NCBI GenBank assembly: GCA_035271185.1
Contig: DATERV010000174.1
Location: 7,707 to 71,706, forward strand
Origin: Lachnospiraceae bacterium
Lineage (GTDB): Bacteria; Bacillota; Clostridia; Lachnospirales; Lachnospiraceae
DNA: 64,000 bases
Reading direction: 5' to 3'
The translations under genes were made by a program, and so were the position numbers. The notes under the pieces were generated by a model, which was not told the DNA's origin, searched no databases, and was given only the letters and a program-made list of their open reading frames with translations. This document shows positions 36,473 to 43,767 of this stretch, piece after piece (position 1 is the first letter of the stretch; each line of letters begins with the position of its first letter).

Positions 36473-39270
36473 TGTTGCAAAAGCTGTGGCATAAAAAATG
36501 GATGGTGATGTGTCTATTACTGGGAAGTATATTGCTGATTGCTACAGTGGTCAGCTTTCCTATGTACAGAAATGCTGCCTTTGACAGGATGCTACAGGAT
36601 GAATTTCAGGAATATTTAGCAGAAAAAGGGGAATGGCCTGGTAGAAATGAATTTATTATGGTTTCCAAAAAGGATGCCGGCGGAAAAGCCATGAACAAGA
36701 TGGAAACTTTGATGCAGAGTATATACCAGGATTTGGGTGTGACAGAGAAACAGACAACTTATTTGTATGGTCTTGGTAAAGCGGAAGCCCATTCTCTGAT
36801 GAACAGGGAAGATGTGAATGCGATTTCCTTAAAGATTGGATTTCTATCTGATTTAGAGAACCATGCCAAATTGCTTTCAGGAGAAATGTATTCCAGTAAA
36901 GGATTGACAGATGATGGCTGCTATGAAGCAGTAATCAGCCAGGCATGTATGGTAAGTGCCAATCTTCTGGTGGGAGAAACATTAGAGATGGATGCGCTGA
37001 AGGATGGAGACGGAAATCCGATTCGTATCAAGATTGTGGGTGTATTTGCTGAGGATAGTAACAGTGATTTTTATTGGCAGACATCTGCTGACGAAATGGA
37101 CGGTTTTTGCCTGATTAGTGAAGAACTGTTCCGTTCCAAGTTTACCAAGGAGAATGCAGGTAAGTTTACGATTACCTGTAAATATAGTACATTATTTGAA
37201 TATGAGGATATAAAAGCCATTGATGTAAAGCATCTAAAGGAGCAGACAACCTATCTGACAGAGGAAAGTCCATTTCGTAGTACCCTGTCAAAGCCGGATT
37301 ATGCGGGAATACTGGAGCAGTTTGAAAGTAAAAAGGGCAGAATTGAAGCAACCTTGTTTATTTTACAGATTCCGGTATTAGTCTTGTTATGTGCGTTCCT
37401 CCTTATGATATCGGGACAGATGTATGATATGGAAAGAAATGAGATTTCTGTTATTAAGAGCCGTGGTAGTTCTGGCGGGCAGATTTTCCGATTGTATTTG
37501 TATCAGAGTATTTTTCTGACATTATTTGGTGCACTGGCCGGCTTACCATTGGGAAGTTTATTTTGCAGACTTTTGGGAGCAGCCAGAAATTTCCTTGAAT
37601 TTTCTATTCGAGGAGAATTACATATTTCATACACAAGGGATGTGCTTTTATATTTGCTGGTGTCAATAGTGGCATCCATTCTGATTATGACTTTACCAGC
37701 AATCAAGCACAGTAAGTTGTCCATCGTGAAGTTAAAACAGCAGAAAGCTTTAAAAAAGAGATCATGGTGGGAAAAATGCTTTTTGGATGTTATCTGCCTG
37801 GGTGTATCCCTATATGGATTTTATTCCTTCCGTGGCAACGAAGAAGCACTGGAAATTAACGTATTAAGGGGAGAAGCACTGGATCCTCTTTTATATATCA
37901 GTTCATCCTTGTTCATCGTGGGCATGGGACTTTTATTCCTTCGTTTACGGCCACTGTTAGTCAGATTTATCTATTTTCTGGGGAAACGTTATTGGCAGCC
38001 GGCAAGTTATGCCTCGTTTACAGAAAATATTAAGAATGGCAGAAAACAACAATCTATTATGCTTTTTATGATACTGACCATATCATTGGGTATGTTCCAT
38101 GCCATAGTAGCCAGAACCATTCTGCAAAATGCCACAGATAATTCGGAGTATATTTGCGGAACTGATTTGATGGTCAAGGAAATCTGGACCAATAATGGTG
38201 GTCTTTCTGCAGATGGTTCTCCTACAGAGTTACAGTATTCCGAACCTGATTATGTAAAATATGCACGACTTGATTGCGTATCAGCATATACAAGAGTCAT
38301 GTATGATGAAAAGGCATATATACCGAGTACCGGTAACAAACGTCAGAATATCATACTAATGGGCATCCATACCAAGGAGTTTGGCGAAATCACCAATGTG
38401 TCCAGAGATCTTTTAGAGAAGCCTTACAATACTTATTTAAATGAATTGGCGGCTGTTCCAAATGGTGTTTTGGTTTCCCGCAATTTTGAGGGCCAGCTTG
38501 GCTACAAAGTCGGAGACATCATTACCTACAACAATAATGATAAGTTTAGCGCAACTGGCAAAATTGTAGATTTTGTGGACTACTGGCCAGGGTATATATC
38601 AAATGAAAAACAACTGCTGCCTGACGGAAGTGTTGAAAACAAAGATAACTTTCTGGTAGTGGCTAACTATGGACCTTTGAAGCAGAGCTGGGGTGCGGTA
38701 CCCTATGAAGTATGGATGACTCTAAAAGAAGGAGCCAGCACAGATAATTTTTATGACTGGGTATCAGCTGAAAATATAAAGGTTACCAAGTATGTGGATA
38801 AGGGAGCTACACTCACCGGTGTGGTAGAAGATCCTTTATTACAGGGTACCAACGGTGTGCTTACCATGGGCTTTATTGTCACAATGATTCTTTGTATCAT
38901 GGGCTATCTGATTTATTGGATCATGTCCATCCGTTCAAGAGAGATGTTGTTTGGTGTATTACGTGCGTGTGGTATGCATAAAGGAGAAGTGTTCCATATG
39001 CTTATCAATGAACAGATTTTTTCAGGTGTATTGTCCATTTTAGCAGGCCTTGGAATCGGAAAACTCACGTCAGAATTGTTTGTACCAATGCTTCAGACTG
39101 CGTATGCAGCAGCAAATCAGGTTTTGCCCATGCAATTGATTACGAATACACAAGATATGGTCAGGCTGTATGGTGTGGTGATTCTGGGCATGTTGGTATG
39201 TCTGCTTGTGCTGATTTTACTGGTATTTAAACTAAATGTGACCAAAGCATTGAAGTTAGGGGAAGAATAA
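36460..39270 (+). CDS. Fused double-FtsX (MacB-type) ABC permease, ~10 TM with two large extracytoplasmic domains
   Basis: Two halves, each TM - ~230-260 aa extracytoplasmic domain - 3 TM, with FtsX-type loops (ERNEISVIKSRGSSGGQIF; SREMLFGVLRACGMHKGEVF) and 2 linking TMs. The track TTG start at 36424 overlaps the upstream gene by 49 nt. ATG 36460 (MLKVMLQKLW) has GGAAGGA upstream. Confidence 0.85.
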   Translation: MLKVMLQKLWHKKWMVMCLLLGSILLIATVVSFPMYRNAAFDRMLQDEFQEYLAEKGEWPGRNEFIMVSKKDAGGKAMNKMETLMQSIYQDLGVTEKQTTYLYGLGKAEAHSLMNREDVNAISLKIGFLSDLENHAKLLSGEMYSSKGLTDDGCYEAVISQACMVSANLLVGETLEMDALKDGDGNPIRIKIVGVFAEDSNSDFYWQTSADEMDGFCLISEELFRSKFTKENAGKFTITCKYSTLFEYEDIKAIDVKHLKEQTTYLTEESPFRSTLSKPDYAGILEQFESKKGRIEATLFILQIPVLVLLCAFLLMISGQMYDMERNEISVIKSRGSSGGQIFRLYLYQSIFLTLFGALAGLPLGSLFCRLLGAARNFLEFSIRGELHISYTRDVLLYLLVSIVASILIMTLPAIKHSKLSIVKLKQQKALKKRSWWEKCFLDVICLGVSLYGFYSFRGNEEALEINVLRGEALDPLLYISSSLFIVGMGLLFLRLRPLLVRFIYFLGKRYWQPASYASFTENIKNGRKQQSIMLFMILTISLGMFHAIVARTILQNATDNSEYICGTDLMVKEIWTNNGGLSADGSPTELQYSEPDYVKYARLDCVSAYTRVMYDEKAYIPSTGNKRQNIILMGIHTKEFGEITNVSRDLLEKPYNTYLNELAAVPNGVLVSRNFEGQLGYKVGDIITYNNNDKFSATGKIVDFVDYWPGYISNEKQLLPDGSVENKDNFLVVANYGPLKQSWGAVPYEVWMTLKEGASTDNFYDWVSAENIKVTKYVDKGATLTGVVEDPLLQGTNGVLTMGFIVTMILCIMGYLIYWIMSIRSREMLFGVLRACGMHKGEVFHMLINEQIFSGVLSILAGLGIGKLTSELFVPMLQTAYAAANQVLPMQLITNTQDMVRLYGVVILGMLVCLLVLILLVFKLNVTKALKLGEE

Positions 39271-39965
39271 TGAATAACGAAGATAAAAAAATGATTGAAC
39301 AAAACAGTATTGTTGTACAGCATGTAAACCGGATATTTCCGGTAGCTGGTGGTGAATTTCAGGCACTGAAGGATATAAATGCTGAGATTCCACAGGGTGT
39401 ATTGGCAATTTTAAGAGGAAGGTCCGGTTCAGGTAAAACCACCTTGCTGAATATACTGGGAGCGTTAGATCAGCCTACATCCGGAAAAGTATATATTGGT
39501 GGCAGGGATATCGGAAAGTTATCCGATACAGAAAGAGAAAACTTAAGACGTACGAAAATAGGATTTGTATTTCAGTCAGTTTCGCTGATTCCTACTATGA
39601 ATGCCTTTCAGAATGTAGAATTTTCCCTACGGCTGGCAGGTGTGAAGATTGGTCGGGAACAACGAGTGGAGGAATGCCTGAAAATGGTGGGACTAGGAAA
39701 CAGAATGCACCATATGCCGGCTGAAATGTCCGGCGGTGAGCAGCAGAGAGTCGCTATTGCCAGAGCAATTGCTCACAAACCGGAGATTCTATTTGCAGAT
39801 GAGCCTACTGCCGAACTGGATAGTGCTATGGCGGCAGAAGTAACCAAGCTATTTCAGGATATGACCAGAAAAGAACATGTTACCATCATCATGACAACCC
39901 ATGATACAGGCCTGATGGATGCAGGTGATATGATTATGGAGCTTGAAAATGGGGAAAGAAGGTAA
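39270..39965 (+). CDS. ABC transporter ATP-binding protein (MacB/LolD-type), ATPase A
   Basis: Walker A GRSGSGKTT, signature MSGGEQQRVAIARA, Walker B ILFADEPTAELD, H-loop TTHD. Start overlaps the permease stop. Confidence 0.93.
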   Translation: MNNEDKKMIEQNSIVVQHVNRIFPVAGGEFQALKDINAEIPQGVLAILRGRSGSGKTTLLNILGALDQPTSGKVYIGGRDIGKLSDTERENLRRTKIGFVFQSVSLIPTMNAFQNVEFSLRLAGVKIGREQRVEECLKMVGLGNRMHHMPAEMSGGEQQRVAIARAIAHKPEILFADEPTAELDSAMAAEVTKLFQDMTRKEHVTIIMTTHDTGLMDAGDMIMELENGERR

Positions 39966-39967
39966 AT

Positions 39968-40855
39968 ATGCCGGAAATGATGATACAGGCAGATGGCCTG
40001 GTAAAGATTTATAAAACAAAGCAAACTGAAGTCTTAGCATTGCAGGGTCTTGATTTGCAGGTTGAGGAAGGAGAACTCACAGCCCTAATTGGGAACAGTG
40101 GTAGCGGTAAATCTACTTTCCTGAATATGATTGGCGGTTTGGACAGACCCAGTGCAGGTTCCTTAATTGTGGGTGGAAAGAATCTGTTTACCATGACAGA
40201 AAGAGACTTGGTAGTCTATAAACGAGATACGGTAGGGTTTGTATGGCAAAACAATGCCAGAAACCTGTTACCGTACCTGACAACACTTGAAAATATAATG
40301 CTGCCCATGTATCTATCTGATGCTCATAAAAAGAAGGAGAAAGCATTAGAGTTATTGGATAAAGTAGGAATGTCATCCAAGAAGCATAGCAGACTGAATA
40401 CACTTTCAGGTGGAGAACAACAGCGTATCGCGATTGCGATTGCACTTGCTAATTCACCAAAATTATTATTGGCTGATGAACCTACCGGTAGTGTTGATTT
40501 TAAAACAGCAGATTATATTTATGATATTTTTACAGAACTGTACAGGAATGGCCAGACCATTTTGATTGTTACCCATGATATAGCTTTGTCTAAGAAGGTA
40601 AAACGTGTTGTTGCAATCAGAGATGGTAAAATAAGCAGTGAGCGCATCTTAAAGGAAAAATATGCAGACAGACTAAAGGAAGTATCCATTGACTGGCGAG
40701 CAGAGGACACCCAGGATGAGTATGCAATTGTGGATAAAGCCGGGCGTGTGCAGATTCCAAGAGAGGTACTTACTGCCATGCAACTAAATGGAAATAAGGT
40801 GAAACTGGAGTTACAGGGTGAAAAGGTAATCATCAGTGGGCCTGAGGTGCAGTAG
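39968..40855 (+). CDS. ABC transporter ATP-binding protein, ATPase B, with C-terminal AbrB/SpoVT-like tail
   Basis: Walker A GNSGSGKST, LSGGEQQRIAIAIA, LLLADEPTGSVD, VTHD. An extra ~65 aa tail contains VDKAGRVQIPREVLTAMQLNGNKVKLELQGEKVII. Confidence 0.9.
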   Translation: MPEMMIQADGLVKIYKTKQTEVLALQGLDLQVEEGELTALIGNSGSGKSTFLNMIGGLDRPSAGSLIVGGKNLFTMTERDLVVYKRDTVGFVWQNNARNLLPYLTTLENIMLPMYLSDAHKKKEKALELLDKVGMSSKKHSRLNTLSGGEQQRIAIAIALANSPKLLLADEPTGSVDFKTADYIYDIFTELYRNGQTILIVTHDIALSKKVKRVVAIRDGKISSERILKEKYADRLKEVSIDWRAEDTQDEYAIVDKAGRVQIPREVLTAMQLNGNKVKLELQGEKVIISGPEVQ

Positions 40856-40873
40856 TCAAAGGAAGCATACTAA

Positions 40874-43198
40874 ATGAAGAAAAAGCAAAAGAGTTTTATG
40901 GAGGTGCCGGAGGATATACTCCGGCACCTCTCCACATGGAGCATCGATAAAAGTAATATTTTGTTTACATCCATAACAGATCTTGATTGTAATGGTGAAT
41001 ATGCAGATGGTTTTGTGATTTTAACTGCAAAACAGGTCTGCCTTTTTCATAATACTATAAAAAACGAAAATGTACATATTTACAGAGGGTATTTTGGACA
41101 ACCCGATGGTGTACCTGCAAAACAGGACTTTAAGGGATGTGTATATGACATTACCCAAATAGAACGCATTTATATAGAGATGGGAGTTGGATGTAATTTA
41201 TTAATTGCAATCATACAGGGGCAGGAATACTGCCTTACCATGTTTACCAATTTACATAAGAAGACAATGAGCCAGCTGGTTAGGGGTATAGAGGAAATAC
41301 GGGGTGGCGGCACCTTCAGTACACCTGTAAAGGAAGAAGAGTGTTGTCCAAAATGTGGAAGAATGTATCCTGATAGTGTCAGGAAAATCTGCCCTGACTG
41401 CATGGACAGAAGAAACATTTTTGTAAGAGTTTTAGAGTACTTTAAACCTTATGTATTGCAGTTTACCTTAATGGTGGTAATCATTGTAGCAGGGTCATTG
41501 ATCAATCTTTTATGGCCTTATTTAAGCGGCACTGTCCTTTTTGATAAAATTCTGAATCAGAACGAAGCATTTTTAGAGCAGGTAGGAATTCCTGCCGGAG
41601 GGTTCGTAACAGCACTTTTCGTTCTGGTACTGACTATGCTAGTAACCAGAATGCTTCAAGTAGTATTCCAGATTCTGCAGGGAGTTCTGACTGCACAGAT
41701 GGTGGTAAATGTAGTTCGTGATATAAAAAAGAAAGTATTTCGTTCCATGGGACGATTATCCATCAGTTTTTACAGAAGCAGACAGACGGGCGCCCTGATG
41801 ACCAGGGTAATGGGAGACGCCGAGAGAATAACAGATTTCTTTGTGGATGGAGCGCCTTATATCCTGATCCATGGTTTCACCATACTTGCGACCTTGATTG
41901 TTATGTTTGGAATAAATCCGTTGATGGCGTTCCTGACAATAGCCCTTTATCCCTTTATGGTGGTAGTGAATGTTTATTTTAGGCCTAAGATCTGGATCAT
42001 GTTTGGCAGAAGACACAGAGCAGAACGTTCTCTGAACAGTGGAGTAAATGATAATCTCACAGGCGCCAGAGTGGTGAAGAGCTTTGGTCAAGAGAATAGG
42101 GAAATTCAAAGGTTTTCAACGAATAACAAGAAGTTGAAGGAAGCAGAGATCCTCATTAGTTACAGACAGAATTATCTTACTTTAGTATATAGCGGTGTAC
42201 AGAGTCTAGCCCGTATGTTGATCATGGGAGTAGGTGTATACTTTATTATGACAGGCATGGGCAGGAAAATGGAGCTTGGTACCCTGATAACCATGCTTGC
42301 TTATGCGGATCAGCTACAGAACCCAATGAATTTCTTTTCCAGATTACCTATGCGCTTTGCAGAAAGCATGAATAGTGCACAGCGTATTTTTGAGATTATC
42401 GATGCGGTACCGCAGGTACAGGAGAGTAAAAGTCCCATTGCGCTGACAAATCCCTGTGGGGATATTAGCATGGATAAGGTGAGCTTTGGATATGAGACTA
42501 GTAAACCGGTACTAAAGAATGTTTCTCTGCATATTCCTGCAGGAAGTATGCTGGGAATTGTAGGGCGTTCTGGTGCAGGGAAAACAACCTTGGTAAATCT
42601 GATTTCCAGAATGTATGACACGGATGAAGGAAGTATTTCCATTGATGGGATAAATGTAAAAGAATTATCCTTTAGGGAGTTAAGGAAGAATGTAGCTATG
42701 GTATCCCAGGAAACCTATATTTTCATGGGTACTGTTGCTGAAAACATAGCATATGCAGACAAAACAGCAGATCTTTTTCATATCATGCAGGCTGCTAAAT
42801 TGGCCGGTGCTCATGAATTTATCATGGAGATGCCGGATGGGTACGATACAAAAATCGGAGCATCGGGAAGAGAATTGTCCGGTGGTGAAAGGCAACGTAT
42901 TTCCATAGCAAGAGCGATATTAGCCAATCCTAAAATATTGATTTTGGATGAAGCAACTGCTTCTGTTGACACAGAAACAGAACAGATTATCCAAAAATCC
43001 ATTAACTATTTGGTGGCTGGCCGAACGACTATTTCTATTGCACACAGACTTTCAACACTTCGTGATGCAGATTACCTTGTGGTGATTGATCATGGAGAGA
43101 TAACGGAACAGGGAACTCATGAGGAACTGGAAGCGCTGAAAGGCACCTACTATAAACTGATGGAATTGCAGACTAAGGCTCTTGCCATGAAGAATTAG
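40874..43198 (+). CDS. Type-I ABC exporter (TMD-NBD half transporter) with ~190-aa N-terminal cytoplasmic PH-like + zinc-ribbon extension
   Basis: CCPKCGRMYPDSVRKICPDC at aa 157-176, six TMs. NBD with GRSGAGKTT, LSGGERQRISIARA, ILILDEATASVD, IAHRL. Confidence 0.9.
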   Translation: MKKKQKSFMEVPEDILRHLSTWSIDKSNILFTSITDLDCNGEYADGFVILTAKQVCLFHNTIKNENVHIYRGYFGQPDGVPAKQDFKGCVYDITQIERIYIEMGVGCNLLIAIIQGQEYCLTMFTNLHKKTMSQLVRGIEEIRGGGTFSTPVKEEECCPKCGRMYPDSVRKICPDCMDRRNIFVRVLEYFKPYVLQFTLMVVIIVAGSLINLLWPYLSGTVLFDKILNQNEAFLEQVGIPAGGFVTALFVLVLTMLVTRMLQVVFQILQGVLTAQMVVNVVRDIKKKVFRSMGRLSISFYRSRQTGALMTRVMGDAERITDFFVDGAPYILIHGFTILATLIVMFGINPLMAFLTIALYPFMVVVNVYFRPKIWIMFGRRHRAERSLNSGVNDNLTGARVVKSFGQENREIQRFSTNNKKLKEAEILISYRQNYLTLVYSGVQSLARMLIMGVGVYFIMTGMGRKMELGTLITMLAYADQLQNPMNFFSRLPMRFAESMNSAQRIFEIIDAVPQVQESKSPIALTNPCGDISMDKVSFGYETSKPVLKNVSLHIPAGSMLGIVGRSGAGKTTLVNLISRMYDTDEGSISIDGINVKELSFRELRKNVAMVSQETYIFMGTVAENIAYADKTADLFHIMQAAKLAGAHEFIMEMPDGYDTKIGASGRELSGGERQRISIARAILANPKILILDEATASVDTETEQIIQKSINYLVAGRTTISIAHRLSTLRDADYLVVIDHGEITEQGTHEELEALKGTYYKLMELQTKALAMKN

Positions 43199-43207
43199 GA
43201 GAGTGAA

Positions 43208-43750
43208 ATGGAACAGAAATTTGAATTATCACAAATGGAGCAGGAAACGGAAGAAATGCTTCGAATCCGGTATTTGAAGAAAGAGAACGCTCTTTTTTCC
43301 AGAACGGGCACGGGTTTTTTAAGCCTTCAGTTGGGGGAAGAATTTTATCCCCGAGTAAAAGTAGTGAGAATGTATCCGTTTACACAAAAGGACGAGTTTA
43401 TTTCAATTCGTACATCGGATGAGCATTCCAGGGAAATCGGGATTATTGAAAAACTAAGCGATATGGAGCCTGATACATTGGTAATGCTGAAAGAGCAGCT
43501 GGCTTTAAGGTACTTCACGCCGATCATTCATAAAATTAATAACATTAAAGATGAATATGGTTATGCATACTTTGATGTAGAAACAGATCATGGCAACTGT
43601 CGTTTTACAATTCAGATGGGAAGCAATGCAGTGGTTCATTTATCCGAATACCGGATACTGATACTGGACATTGACGAAAACAGATTTGAGATTTCTGATC
43701 TGACTAAACTGACGGCTAGGGAGAGGAAGAAGCTTGATTTATTTCTCTAG
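43208..43750 (+). CDS. Small cytoplasmic protein, DUF1854-like (recalled family name, unverified)
   Basis: 180 aa with no TM or signal peptide, wedged between two ABC exporter genes (9- and 17-nt gaps). I recall the DUF1854 family having this gene context. GGAGAG SD. Confidence 0.7.
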   Translation: MEQKFELSQMEQETEEMLRIRYLKKENALFSRTGTGFLSLQLGEEFYPRVKVVRMYPFTQKDEFISIRTSDEHSREIGIIEKLSDMEPDTLVMLKEQLALRYFTPIIHKINNIKDEYGYAYFDVETDHGNCRFTIQMGSNAVVHLSEYRILILDIDENRFEISDLTKLTARERKKLDLFL

Positions 43751-43767
43751 GAAATAAGGAGAACAAA

